Assembly: GCA_050287085.1 (NCBI GenBank)
Contig: JBNKBE010000018.1
Coordinates: forward strand, 32,001-96,000
Source: Polyangiaceae bacterium
Lineage (GTDB): Bacteria; Myxococcota_A; Polyangia; Polyangiales; Polyangiaceae
Direction: 5' to 3'
Length of the DNA stretch: 64,000 bases
The position numbers and the translations under genes are program-made. The notes beneath the pieces were generated by a model that worked only from the letters and a program-made list of their open reading frames with translations, had not been told where the DNA came from and did no database searches. Numbering within the stretch: the stretch's first letter is position 1; each line of letters begins with the position of its first letter. Positions 1 through 10,337 of this stretch are shown here, one piece after another.

Positions 1-1564
1 GGCTCGCTTCGGCCAGAATGTCTTGGACGAAACGGCTCGCTTCGAACACGTCGAAGAGGACGAAACGCGCTTAGCGGGTCTGCCCGCGGCCGCCGTCGAC
101 GCCGCGCGAGCCGACGCTGAGAGCAAGGGCAAGGCCGGATATCGCTTCACGCTGCAAGGCCCCAGCCTGATGCCAGTCATGACTTATCTCGAGGCCCGCG
201 ACATTCGGGAGCGCGTGTGGCGAGCTTACAACACGCGCGCGAGCGGAGGCACGACCAACAATGTGCCGATTATCGAGAATATCCTACGGCTGCGGACAGA
301 GCAGGCGAAGCTACTCGGCTACGAGAACTTCGCTGAGATGGTTCTCGAAGACCGAATGGCAAAGACGGCGACACAGGCGCGTGACTTCGTCGCGGACCTG
401 AGGGACCGCAGCGAACGCGCATTTCAACGAGAAACCAACGAGCTGCACGCCTATGCACAGCAGCTCTCGCCTCCCTCTGGAGCCCCCCTGCAGCCCTGGG
501 ACGTGGGCTACTACGCCGAAAAAGAACGGAAGGCGCGCTACGATTTCGACGAGGAGCTTCTGCGCCCCTACTTTGCGATCCAAAACGTGCTTTCCGGCCT
601 CTTTGAGATCGCGACTCGTTTGTACGGCATCGCCATTTCCCCCAACAATGACCTGCCGCGCTGGCACGAGAGTGTTCAGGCATTTGATATTCACGACGAC
701 CAAAACCGACACATTGCGAGCTTCTACGCGGACTTGTACCCGCGCGAAGAAAAGCGCGGCGGGGCCTGGATGAACTACTTCATCTCCGGTGTTGTCGACG
801 AGCGGAGCGGCGAAATGAGTCCGCACTTGGGCCTCATTTGCGCCAACGTGACGCCACCGCTGGGCGACAAGCCCGCCTTGCTATCTCATGGCGAAGTCAC
901 GACGCTGTTCCATGAGTTCGGACATCTACTGCACCACTGCCTGAGTCGAGTTACGGTTCCTGCGCTGGTAGGCACGAACGTGGCTTGGGACTTCGTAGAG
1001 CTGCCGTCGCAGATCATGGAAAACTGGTGTTGGGAACGAGGCGCCCTGGACGCCTTCGCGCGACATTGGGAGAGCGGAGAAGCTGTTCCGCAGGCTCTAT
1101 TTGATAGCATGACCCGAGCTCGTACGTATCGCGCCGCTAGTGCAATGATGCGTCAGCTCAGCTTTGCCGACGTCGACCTCTCGCTGCACGTTGACTATAC
1201 CGTGGGGGGCGAAGAGGACCTGCTGGACTTCGCCCGGCGCATCATGCAGCGCTATGCGCCAACGCCCTTTCCCGACGACTACGCCATGCTGGCGAGCTTC
1301 ACGCACCTGTTCTCGAGTCCGGTTGGCTACGCAGCTGGATACTACTCATACAAGTGGGCGGAGGTGCTCGACGCAGACGCCTTCACCCGCTTCAAGACCG
1401 AAGGCATCTTCAACCGCGAAACAGGTCGTGCCTTCCTGGACTCGATTCTCGGTCGAGGCAATACCCGAGACCCCAGTGACCTGTATCGGGAGTTCATGGG
1501 GCGTGAGCCGGACTTGAATCCGCTGCTCGAGCGGAGCGGACTGGCCAGCGCAGCCTCGCTCTGA
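1..1564 (+). CDS. prlC: M3 family oligopeptidase A, 5'-truncated by window edge
   Basis: HEFGH zinc motif, WDFVELPSQIMENW, YAAGYYSYKWAEVLDADAF; the frame is open from base 2 (ARFGQNVLDET), so the true start lies upstream. Confidence 0.9.
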   Translation, partial: ARFGQNVLDETARFEHVEEDETRLAGLPAAAVDAARADAESKGKAGYRFTLQGPSLMPVMTYLEARDIRERVWRAYNTRASGGTTNNVPIIENILRLRTEQAKLLGYENFAEMVLEDRMAKTATQARDFVADLRDRSERAFQRETNELHAYAQQLSPPSGAPLQPWDVGYYAEKERKARYDFDEELLRPYFAIQNVLSGLFEIATRLYGIAISPNNDLPRWHESVQAFDIHDDQNRHIASFYADLYPREEKRGGAWMNYFISGVVDERSGEMSPHLGLICANVTPPLGDKPALLSHGEVTTLFHEFGHLLHHCLSRVTVPALVGTNVAWDFVELPSQIMENWCWERGALDAFARHWESGEAVPQALFDSMTRARTYRAASAMMRQLSFADVDLSLHVDYTVGGEEDLLDFARRIMQRYAPTPFPDDYAMLASFTHLFSSPVGYAAGYYSYKWAEVLDADAFTRFKTEGIFNRETGRAFLDSILGRGNTRDPSDLYREFMGREPDLNPLLERSGLASAASL

Positions 1565-1676
1565 GGCGCGCCGAACGGTGGGCTGGGTATTCGGCCAAGC
1601 CCAGGTGCGGGTCGTCGGACTGCAAAACTGCGCGGCGACCTACCGCATCGAGTTCGGTTGTTGAATACTTCCGGCA

Positions 1677-3449
1677 GTGAGTGCCTCCATCCGTCCCACC
1701 TCCACCCGCACCATCGGCGTCATAGCCGACTGGTACGACGAACACTACCAACACACGATTCTCTCGACGCTCGAGGAGGCAACAGCTCAGCGGGGGGTTA
1801 GCTTGAGAGCGTTCGCGTGCGGGATCCCAGGTTCAGACGTACGTCAAAGCTCACTGCGAAGCCGAGCTCTGCAGCTGGCATCACCGCACAACGTCGACGG
1901 CGTGGTGGTGCTTGCAGGCACTCTGGTCAACGAACTGGGAGTGGATGGCATCGCCGCCCTGCTTGCGCCCCTCTCCGCGGTGCCGCGCTGCGCGCTCGGA
2001 GTGGAACTCCCGGGGGTCCCCAGCATCGTCATCGACAACCAGGCCGGTGTAGATCAAGCGATGCGACACTTGGTTGAACACCACGGTTGCAAGCAGGTCG
2101 CTTTCATTCGCGGCCCCAATAAGAACACCGAGGCGGAATCGCGATTTTGCGCCTATCGCGAAGCGCTCGAGCGCGAAGCGATCGCCTACGACGAAAGACT
2201 GACGTTCCAAGGCGATTTCCTTTCGGCCTCTGGAGTCGCTGCCATTGCGCACTTTCGGGAACACGGATTGATGCCGCAAGCCATTATCGCGGCCAACGAC
2301 GTGATGGCCTTGGGCGCCCAGCAGGCGCTCGTGGCGGCGGGCGTGCGAATCCCGGAGCAAATTCGGGTCATCGGCTTCGATGATATTGCCCTCGCGCGGA
2401 GCGGCAATCCGCCACTGACCACGGTCCGTCAACCGCTGAGCGAGCTTGCGGTAGCCAGTGTGCGCACCGTCATGGATCAACTTGGGGGTCGCGAGGTGCC
2501 GCTCGTGCAGATGCTGCAAACACATCTGGTGGTCCGCGACTCATGCGGCTGCGAGATTCGGCTTACCTCCTCAGGTCGCTCGGTTCTACCGGACGAGGAA
2601 GGTCCGAGTAATAGCCACGGATTTGAATCGGAATTTCAGCGAGCGAGGCCCGCACTCCGCCGAGAGCTGGCCCGCATCGCACGAGGCGAGCTCCTATCTG
2701 TACCAGACTGGGAGAACTCCTTGATGAACGCCTTCCAGCACCAAGTTCTCACTAGCGATGAATCCTTCGCCCAAACGTTGCGTCAGTTTCTCAGTCAGAG
2801 CGCTGACACCGAAGGACGGATCGCACGCTTCCACGACATCGTCACCGCTTTTCGACGGACGGCACTCTCCTGCGCTGGGTCCGACGCCGACGCACGCAGT
2901 CGACTCGAGAACATGCTGCACGAAGCACGCCTCATCGTCGCCAGGGCGGTCGAACGCAAACACCGCGAGCAACTGATGGCCTCGCAAAGCGATATCCGTG
3001 CCGTATTGCGCTCGGCAGCAGCCGTGACGGGAGCCTTCAGCTTCGAAGCACTCCAAAAGGCCCTGATGCAGAACCTCTCATCCATCGGGGTCACGGCCTG
3101 TATCATCGTCGGTTACCTTCCGCTTCAGCTCGGCGCGTCGCGGCCGCCGAATGCTCCCCCTCCCCGCTCGCGCGTGCTCGCGGCCGTTGTGCAAGATGGC
3201 CCCGAAATCCGCACGCAGGGCATCGGAACCGAGTTCGAAACAGAAACGCTGGTGCCAAACACGCTCCTCCCTAGCGATCGCGCGCACCATGCGAGCGTGC
3301 TGCCGCTCTTTCACCGTGGAGCTGAAATGGGCTATTGTGTCGTGGAGTCGCGGCGGCGCTCGACGCCCGTTTTTGAACTGCTGAGAGAACAGCTCAGTGT
3401 AGCCGTCTACGGCTGTCTGCTCGCAAGCGAAGACGGTCTCAGCGCCTAG
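1677..3449 (+). CDS. LacI-type sugar-binding-domain sensor protein without HTH
   Basis: IDNQAG, IRGP...EAESRF, AANDVMALG, VIGFDD, PPLTTVRQP and VRDSCGC motifs; no N-terminal HTH; helical/GAF-like C-terminal half. Confidence 0.8.
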   Translation: MSASIRPTSTRTIGVIADWYDEHYQHTILSTLEEATAQRGVSLRAFACGIPGSDVRQSSLRSRALQLASPHNVDGVVVLAGTLVNELGVDGIAALLAPLSAVPRCALGVELPGVPSIVIDNQAGVDQAMRHLVEHHGCKQVAFIRGPNKNTEAESRFCAYREALEREAIAYDERLTFQGDFLSASGVAAIAHFREHGLMPQAIIAANDVMALGAQQALVAAGVRIPEQIRVIGFDDIALARSGNPPLTTVRQPLSELAVASVRTVMDQLGGREVPLVQMLQTHLVVRDSCGCEIRLTSSGRSVLPDEEGPSNSHGFESEFQRARPALRRELARIARGELLSVPDWENSLMNAFQHQVLTSDESFAQTLRQFLSQSADTEGRIARFHDIVTAFRRTALSCAGSDADARSRLENMLHEARLIVARAVERKHREQLMASQSDIRAVLRSAAAVTGAFSFEALQKALMQNLSSIGVTACIIVGYLPLQLGASRPPNAPPPRSRVLAAVVQDGPEIRTQGIGTEFETETLVPNTLLPSDRAHHASVLPLFHRGAEMGYCVVESRRRSTPVFELLREQLSVAVYGCLLASEDGLSA

Positions 3450-3476
3450 CCGTCGGTTCCCACGAGGGTGGCGGCC

Positions 3477-3540
3477 GCGCCCTGCCGCGCCTGCGCCCTG
3501 CCGCGCCTGCGCCCTGCCGCGCCTGCGCCCTGCCGCGCCT
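3477..3540. repeat. Intergenic tandem repeat, 4 perfect copies of 16-mer GCGCCCTGCCGCGCCT
   Basis: Copies at 3477, 3493, 3509 and 3525, then a partial copy. Confidence 0.95.
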
Positions 3541-3713
3541 GCGCCTGCTCTACACCCGCGCCCTCCCTGCTACGCTGGCGCCCGGCTGCGGTACTCGAAA
3601 GCTCCTCCCGCAAGACCGAATCCGCCGGCACAGCGTGGGGGCGATCCTGCTCCCAAAGGCTCAGCTCATAGCGGACTCCCCGTGACTGGCGCCACGCGGG
3701 CTGATATTGAGCA

Positions 3714-5324
3714 GTGATGCGGAGAACGTTTGTGCTGACGCTCCTTGGCTTGTTCGCATGGGTGGGTTTTGGAACCTACCTGTGGTCCCCGATGGGATTC
3801 GCACTGGGTCCGCTTGTCCTCGTCTTGCTGGTGGGTCTTGCGGACATGACCCAAACCCGCCATGCCATTCGGAGGAACTTCCCTTTCATCGGGCATGCTC
3901 GCTACCTGCTAGAAAAGGTTCGCCCGGAAATCAATCAGTACTTCGTAGAGTCCAACACGGATGGCAGACCATTTAGCCGTGAGTTGCGCTCGGTGGTCTA
4001 CCAGCGCGCGAAAGGTGAACTGGACACCGTCCCTTTTGGCACGCAGCTCGATCTGTACGAAGTGGGTGCGGAATGGCTCACGCACTCGCTCGCTCCGCGC
4101 CCAGTACCCTCCGAGGCGCCGCGCATCCTCATCGGCGAAAAGCAATGCAAGCAACCGTACAGCGCATCCATGCTGAACGTCTCCGCGATGAGCTATGGCT
4201 CGCTCAGCAAGAACGCAATACTCGCCCTGAGTCGTGGGGCAAAAGCCGGTGGCTTTGCTCACAACACCGGTGAGGGCGGAGTGAGCGACTACCACCGAGA
4301 GGGCGGCGCTGACCTCATCTGGCAGCTCGGTACTGGCTACTTCGGCTGTCGCAACGACGACGGCACTTTCAGCGAACAACTGTTTGCGGAGACCGCTCGG
4401 ACTCCGCAGATCAAGATGATAGAGATCAAGTTGTCTCAAGGTGCCAAGCCGGCCCACGGCGGCATTCTTCCGGCAAGCAAGCTGACACCAGAAATTGCGA
4501 GAATCCGCAGGGTGAAGATGGGACAGGATGTCCTCAGCCCCCCCGCACATTCAGCATTCCAGACGCCACTTCAGCTCGTTGCATTCGTCGACAAGCTGCG
4601 TGAACTGAGTGGTGGAAAGCCCGTCGGGTTGAAGATCTGTATCGGACAACGTCGTGAATTTTTCGCGCTTTGCAAGGCGATGGTCCTGACCGGAAGCCAT
4701 CCGGACTACATTCAAGTCGACGGCGCCGAGGGGGGAACGGGAGCTGCTCCCCTCGAGTTTTCGAACAGCTTGGGCATCCCGCTCACGGACGCCTTGATCT
4801 TCGTTCACAACGCATTGGTTGGCGTCGGCCTGCGCAACGACATCAAACTCATCGCCTCCGGCAAGGTATTGACCGGTTTCAACATGGCCCGACTCGCCGC
4901 AATGGGTGCCGACATGTGCCATTCGGCTCGCGCCATGATGATGGCCCTCGGATGTATCCAAGCTAGGCGCTGCAACTCCAACGATTGTCCGACTGGAGTA
5001 GCGACTCAGGATCCCGACCTGGTCTACGGCCTCGACGTTCGGGACAAGGCCGAACGCGTCGCGCGCTACCACGCCGAGACCATGCATAGCTTCTTGGAGC
5101 TCGTCGCGGCGTGTGGCGTCGACCACCCGGAACAACTCAAACCGCGGAACCTCCACCGACGCGTGAGCGCAACGGAGATTCGTACCTACGCCCAGATCTA
5201 CCACTACGTCGCTCCCGGATGCCTCGAACGCGGCGAAATCCCGGAGGATTGGAAGGGTCTTTGGGACTGGGCGAGCGCTGAGACCTTCGAACCAGTGGCG
5301 CCCGAAAACGCGCGGTCGGCCTAG
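3714..5324 (+). CDS. FMN-binding glutamate synthase family protein with N-terminal TM segments
   Basis: SAMSYGSLS, HNTGEGG, EIKLSQGAKP, DGAEGGTGAAP and GCIQARRCNSNDCPTGVATQD (3Fe-4S) motifs; start GTG 3714 or ATG 3717. Confidence 0.88.
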   Translation: MMRRTFVLTLLGLFAWVGFGTYLWSPMGFALGPLVLVLLVGLADMTQTRHAIRRNFPFIGHARYLLEKVRPEINQYFVESNTDGRPFSRELRSVVYQRAKGELDTVPFGTQLDLYEVGAEWLTHSLAPRPVPSEAPRILIGEKQCKQPYSASMLNVSAMSYGSLSKNAILALSRGAKAGGFAHNTGEGGVSDYHREGGADLIWQLGTGYFGCRNDDGTFSEQLFAETARTPQIKMIEIKLSQGAKPAHGGILPASKLTPEIARIRRVKMGQDVLSPPAHSAFQTPLQLVAFVDKLRELSGGKPVGLKICIGQRREFFALCKAMVLTGSHPDYIQVDGAEGGTGAAPLEFSNSLGIPLTDALIFVHNALVGVGLRNDIKLIASGKVLTGFNMARLAAMGADMCHSARAMMMALGCIQARRCNSNDCPTGVATQDPDLVYGLDVRDKAERVARYHAETMHSFLELVAACGVDHPEQLKPRNLHRRVSATEIRTYAQIYHYVAPGCLERGEIPEDWKGLWDWASAETFEPVAPENARSA

Positions 5325-5390
5325 GGGCCGCATGACCGAGTTGGCGCTTTTCTATGGGATGGCCCGAGCTCCACCACTAAGTTCTCGGCC

Positions 5391-7262
5391 ATGAAAGGCT
5401 ATCGCAGTCGCACTTCTACTCACGGTCGCAACATGGCCGGAGCGCGTTCCCTTTGGCGGGCAACCGGCATGACGGATGCCGATTTTGAGAAGCCGATCAT
5501 CGCCATCGCCAACAGCTTCACCCAGTTCGTCCCCGGTCACGTCCATCTGCATGAGATCGGCCAACGCGTAAAAGCCGTCATCGACTCGGTCGGTGGATAC
5601 GGAGTCGAGTTCAACACCATCGCTGTCGATGACGGCATCGCAATGGGGCATGATGGCATGCTCTACTCGTTGCCAAGTCGAGACCTCATCGCAGACAGCG
5701 TTGAATACATGGTCAATGCGCACTGCGCCGACGCATTGATCTGCATTTCCAACTGCGACAAAATTACCCCGGGCATGTTGATGGCGGCAATGCGACTCAA
5801 CATTCCGACCATCTTCGTATCCGGCGGTCCGATGGAGGCCGGCAAGATCACGGGAACACACGACGCGTCTGGTAAGGCGCTGGTAAGAAAGCTCGACTTG
5901 ATCGATGCGATGATCGCAGCGGGAGACGAAAACGTCTCCGATAGCGAACTAGGTAAGCTAGAGCGCTCCGCTTGCCCCACGTGTGGCTCTTGTTCCGGCA
6001 TGTTCACAGCCAACAGCATGAACTGCCTCAATGAAGCGCTCGGGATGGGCCTCCCAGGCAACGGCACACTGCTGGCTACCCACCGACTACGATGGGAATT
6101 GTTCGAGGCTGCTGGCAAGCGCATCGTCGAGCTCGCCCGCAGGCACTACCTCGATGAGGACACCAGCGTGCTGCCGCGCAGTATTGCTACTTTCCAAGCC
6201 TTCGAAAACGCTATGGCTCTGGACATCGCAATGGGCGGGTCAACCAATACCGTACTGCACCTGCTCGCAATAGCCCACGAGGCTGGCGTTGATTTCACAA
6301 TGGCGGATATCGATCGCTTATCGCGGCGTGTACCGAACCTATGCAAGGTGGCCCCGTCCTCTCACTACCATGTCGAAGACGTTCACCGCGCGGGGGGCAT
6401 CTTCACCATCTTGGGTGAACTCGATCGAATCGGATTGTTTCACCGCGATATTCCCTGCGTGCACGCCGCGACTATGGGCGCCGCCCTAGACGCCAATGAT
6501 TTGCGCAGCGCGGAAGCCACCGACGCCGCCCGGCGGCGTGCGCTCGCGGCTCCCGGCGGCGTTCGCACGACCGTTGCGTTCTCCCAAGACAAGTACTTCG
6601 CTGAAGTCGATGCTAACGCCGCTAGCGGCTGCATCCGAGATGGGGCCCACGCCTACAGCCAAGACGGCGGCCTAGCTGTGTTGTACGGCAACATCGCGCT
6701 GGATGGCTGTATCGTAAAGACGGCAGGCGTTGACGCCAGCATCTTGGAATTCGAAGGCCGAGCGCGCGTCTTTCACTCGCAGGACACCGCCTGCGAAGCC
6801 ATCCTGGCCGATCGCGTCGTGGCCGGCGACGTGGTCGTCATCGTCTATGAAGGCCCCAAGGGTGGTCCCGGCATGCAAGAAATGCTGTATCCAACCTCGT
6901 TTCTGAAATCCAAAGGACTTGGCAAGGCTTGCGCCCTGATCACGGATGGTCGGTTTAGTGGTGGCACAGCTGGACTGAGCATCGGACACGTTTCGCCAGA
7001 AGCGGCCGAAGGGGGCGCCATCGGATTGATCGAAGAGGGCGATCGGATCCACATCGACATCCCCCGGCGCAGCATCTCACTTGTCATCAGCGACGAGGAG
7101 CTCGCCAGCCGCAGAAGCAGAGAGATGGCTCGGGGAGCAAACGCCTTCCGCCCCAATAGGGCTCGAACCGTTTCGGTGGCGCTGCAGGCTTACGCTGCTA
7201 TGGCTACAAGCGCGGCCCGCGGCGCAGTCCGTGACATCTCGCAATTGATCAAGAGCCGCTAG
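5391..7262 (+). CDS. ilvD: Dihydroxy-acid dehydratase
   Basis: [59 protein letters not shown]. Confidence 0.97.
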   Translation: MKGYRSRTSTHGRNMAGARSLWRATGMTDADFEKPIIAIANSFTQFVPGHVHLHEIGQRVKAVIDSVGGYGVEFNTIAVDDGIAMGHDGMLYSLPSRDLIADSVEYMVNAHCADALICISNCDKITPGMLMAAMRLNIPTIFVSGGPMEAGKITGTHDASGKALVRKLDLIDAMIAAGDENVSDSELGKLERSACPTCGSCSGMFTANSMNCLNEALGMGLPGNGTLLATHRLRWELFEAAGKRIVELARRHYLDEDTSVLPRSIATFQAFENAMALDIAMGGSTNTVLHLLAIAHEAGVDFTMADIDRLSRRVPNLCKVAPSSHYHVEDVHRAGGIFTILGELDRIGLFHRDIPCVHAATMGAALDANDLRSAEATDAARRRALAAPGGVRTTVAFSQDKYFAEVDANAASGCIRDGAHAYSQDGGLAVLYGNIALDGCIVKTAGVDASILEFEGRARVFHSQDTACEAILADRVVAGDVVVIVYEGPKGGPGMQEMLYPTSFLKSKGLGKACALITDGRFSGGTAGLSIGHVSPEAAEGGAIGLIEEGDRIHIDIPRRSISLVISDEELASRRSREMARGANAFRPNRARTVSVALQAYAAMATSAARGAVRDISQLIKSR

Positions 7263-7370
7263 AACGCCGTTGCCGCGTGGTGAGACAGGTGAAAACTCTG
7301 GCCACCTCGGACGCGTAGTACCCCCCGCGGGCACGAAAGGGTATCGTCACCACCGGAGAACTCCGAAGCC

Positions 7371-8798
7371 ATGAAGCACTCACGCCCGCAAGTAGCATCC
7401 CCCCCCCTCGCTGCAGCTCCTTCCACCTCGGCGCCAACGGCCCCAGCGCCCATAGCAGCCAGGTCACGTCTGGGCTCTGGGCGCGACGGCGCCCTTCCTC
7501 CTCTACTTCGCAACCCGGCGCTTGCCTCCTTGTTGCTTGCTTCCTTGCTCGGCGGCTTAACGATCGCCTGTGGTGGAGCTACCGAAGGCCAAGAAGGCAA
7601 GACAACTGACGAGGATCGGAATTCGAAGGCGGACGCAGGCAGCCCCTTTGCGGACGCAGGCAAGCCATCCACAGGTCAGTCTAGTGCTGATGAGTCTAGT
7701 GCTGATGATACGTCGGATGATGCGCCCCCAAAGGCCACGATGCCCACGGGCGTACCCAGTGAGGACACCGCCGGCATGGGAGGCACCAACTCTAGCGGAG
7801 GCCCCGCTATTCCCGGTTACCCGGATCCGCCTCAATCTATTGATGTTCCCATCGACGTTCCGGACAATTGCAAGGCCGTATTCAGCAATGTGACCACCAG
7901 CTACTGCGAATCCCACGTGGAGTGCGACGTCAGCTTCAGCGACACACATTGCTTTGAAACCACTAGGCCTGACGCCGAGGGCAAAGCTGACTGGAACTGC
8001 GACTGCATAGGTAGCACCGGAGTGGGCAGTTTCATCGTATCATCCACGACAGCGGAGGATTTGTGCCCCGCGGTAATTCAGATGTGTGCGGCGGGTGAGC
8101 TCCCAGAACCCGTCGATGCTGAGACCGAGCCAACGTGTGCACCCGAGTACAAGAGCTCCTCCCAAGAAAGCTGCAGCTATCAGCTAGACTGCAAGCAAAG
8201 CGCGTCGATAGGCGACCTGGAGGTGGACGTCGGTCAGGCCAAGGTGGCCAACTGTAACCTTGCTTCAGGCGACCAGTGGAACTGCAGCTGCTACGACGGA
8301 AACGGCGGCAGCGGCTTCGTCATTGATGATGTGGGTGATCCGTTTGACTTGTGCACAGAGGTGCGCGACCTATGTGATACCGAAACCATCGAACCGACAG
8401 GTGACATCACGTGCCGTCCTCGCCAGGTTGTTGCAGAAGACAACTTCTGCTTCGGTGCCATCAGCTGCGAACAGCAAGCAACCCTGGGCGATCGCGACGT
8501 GCTCGCGGCGGGCGAAGGCAGCGTGAACTGCGAGCTCGTCCGCGACGAGCTGCAATGCGTCTGCTACGGAGGCGCCGAAGAGATCAAGCTCTCTCTCCCC
8601 CAGGGCGACGATGTGTGGAGCTCTTGCAACGAAGCTGTCCAGATGTGCTCTGAAGCAATCGCAGAGAGCGGTGAGTTAGCGGCAGGCGGCGGGGGACAGA
8701 TGAGTGGGCCTATTATGGGAGGTCCGCCTCCGCCTCCGATACCTTTCGCCGCCACGGCGAGTGCCGCGCCCTCTGGCGGCGTTCGAACGAACCGCTAG
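7371..8798 (+). CDS. Cys-rich putative lipoprotein with three 8-Cys repeats
   Basis: Hydrophobic stretch ending LTIA-C-GG, acidic linker and three repeats with a CxC core; start uncertain. Confidence 0.7.
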   Translation: MKHSRPQVASPPLAAAPSTSAPTAPAPIAARSRLGSGRDGALPPLLRNPALASLLLASLLGGLTIACGGATEGQEGKTTDEDRNSKADAGSPFADAGKPSTGQSSADESSADDTSDDAPPKATMPTGVPSEDTAGMGGTNSSGGPAIPGYPDPPQSIDVPIDVPDNCKAVFSNVTTSYCESHVECDVSFSDTHCFETTRPDAEGKADWNCDCIGSTGVGSFIVSSTTAEDLCPAVIQMCAAGELPEPVDAETEPTCAPEYKSSSQESCSYQLDCKQSASIGDLEVDVGQAKVANCNLASGDQWNCSCYDGNGGSGFVIDDVGDPFDLCTEVRDLCDTETIEPTGDITCRPRQVVAEDNFCFGAISCEQQATLGDRDVLAAGEGSVNCELVRDELQCVCYGGAEEIKLSLPQGDDVWSSCNEAVQMCSEAIAESGELAAGGGGQMSGPIMGGPPPPPIPFAATASAAPSGGVRTNR

Positions 8799-8810
8799 GG
8801 TCCCATAGGC

Positions 8811-10337
8811 TCAAAATTGCAAACCCAAGGAGCCACCGAGCAAACGCACGTGGGCTCCCTTGTGTTGCCCCTCCATCCAACTCGCGCGCCGTAGCCAGCG
8901 CGCGGACAGCGTGAAAGTCGGACGAGGGGGATAGTTCTGAGCCTCGGCTCCAACTGCCACACCGAAATCGAGGGCTATGTCGCGGGCACGCTCATCAGCG
9001 CTCAAATCCTCTTGAGTGCGATCGAGCCCTTCGAGAGAGTTCACGTAGGAAAACGAAACATTTCCTCGCAGAAAGGCACCCGCTCCAAACAGGCCGCCAT
9101 CCAGAGAGCCAACGCCACCATAGCCATAGTAGTAGCTCTGTTTACGCAAAACACTCTTGCCCACCTCTTGAGTGGTCAGCTCGCGTACCGCGCCGTAGGC
9201 AAAGGAGCGAGCCAGGGTGAACGTTGGCGCCAACGTCACTCGCAGTCGAGCCGCTAGGGCTGCCCACTGTTGATCCGTGCCGACGTAAAGCCCCGGCAAC
9301 CGCAGTTCACTCCAGCGATCTACAAATCCCGGGAGACGGAACACTCGGTACCCGAGGCCGAGGCCGGTCGCAACCCACCCCATTCCAGCTCGCCCTCCTG
9401 CGGCTGCCGAGGACCGGTAGCCCAGCAGCGACGCGTCGGCCCCGAGCTCCAAGACGCTGCCCGCGCCACCGCCGACGCTCAGCATCATCCGGGTCCAGTC
9501 ACCGTCGAAGTACCAGCCCTCGTGCGCTGATTGCGGCGCTGAATAGAGCTCGCTGTTGAAGCTTCCCTCCCACAGATGTCCGGCACTTGACCCAACGCTC
9601 GCAACTAGAGACCGCGCATCCAGCCCCAAGTGATGCGCGGTTCGAGCGGATAACCCCAAGGCGTCTCGCGGACCAGCGCACGAGCCCCGCTCACCGTCCA
9701 GCCAGCGATGTAGCATGATGGGAAAACCCACGGTCCAGGCAAGGACCGATGCGGTCGTGACGCCACAACCGCCGCCCAGGTATTCGCCCAGACGATAAAA
9801 CGCCTCACCGAATGCGAAACCTCCCCCAGGCGTCACAAGCAGGTCATTGTAGCTCGTCCTTTCCTGAAACTCGAGCCCATACTCCCAGGCCAGCGACGTC
9901 GCGAAGCTGTAGCCTAGCGCCGACCACAGGGAGAGCCCATTGCTGCGAGCGAACTCATAATACCCCGCCCCCGCAACGGGATGTCCCAGCTGGTTGACCC
10001 AGAATTCATTGTTATCGAGACGTATTGCGCCTAGTGATAGGCGCTGCTTGAGACTCAAGCGATCCCAATCGGCCAGGTTGCGCTCGAGTTCAATCCAATA
10101 CCATAGAGCCCCAAATCCTAAGAGCCCGAGCATCTCAGCGCTGGCCCGGTAGTGATAAGGTCGCGCCTCTGGAAGGGCCTGTTCGGCGGAAGGAGATACC
10201 AGCTGCTGCGCGCCCCTGTGGCTCGCGCCCTGCCGATCTGAGTTGGGCGGGTTATCAATCCCCTGTGCAGACGCGGGCTGCCCTTGGATCAGCAGCGCCA
10301 CTGCCAGAGCTTCAGCCGTTCCGCGCCGACTCCACAT
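8811..10337 (-). CDS. DUF3943-like exported, probable outer-membrane protein
   Basis: Signal peptide; NQLGHPVAG-YYEFARSNG-WEY-E-S-NDLLVTPGGG-GE motif; C-terminal Phe; overlaps kpsS end by 26 bp. Confidence 0.7.
   Translation of the reverse strand: MWSRRGTAEALAVALLIQGQPASAQGIDNPPNSDRQGASHRGAQQLVSPSAEQALPEARPYHYRASAEMLGLLGFGALWYWIELERNLADWDRLSLKQRLSLGAIRLDNNEFWVNQLGHPVAGAGYYEFARSNGLSLWSALGYSFATSLAWEYGLEFQERTSYNDLLVTPGGGFAFGEAFYRLGEYLGGGCGVTTASVLAWTVGFPIMLHRWLDGERGSCAGPRDALGLSARTAHHLGLDARSLVASVGSSAGHLWEGSFNSELYSAPQSAHEGWYFDGDWTRMMLSVGGGAGSVLELGADASLLGYRSSAAAGGRAGMGWVATGLGLGYRVFRLPGFVDRWSELRLPGLYVGTDQQWAALAARLRVTLAPTFTLARSFAYGAVRELTTQEVGKSVLRKQSYYYGYGGVGSLDGGLFGAGAFLRGNVSFSYVNSLEGLDRTQEDLSADERARDIALDFGVAVGAEAQNYPPRPTFTLSARWLRRASWMEGQHKGAHVRLLGGSLGLQF

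Noticed and set aside
3477..3548. Possible CRISPR array (also considered for 47161-47214)
   Set aside because: Units are too short, adjacent or nearly so, with no unique spacers and no cas genes.
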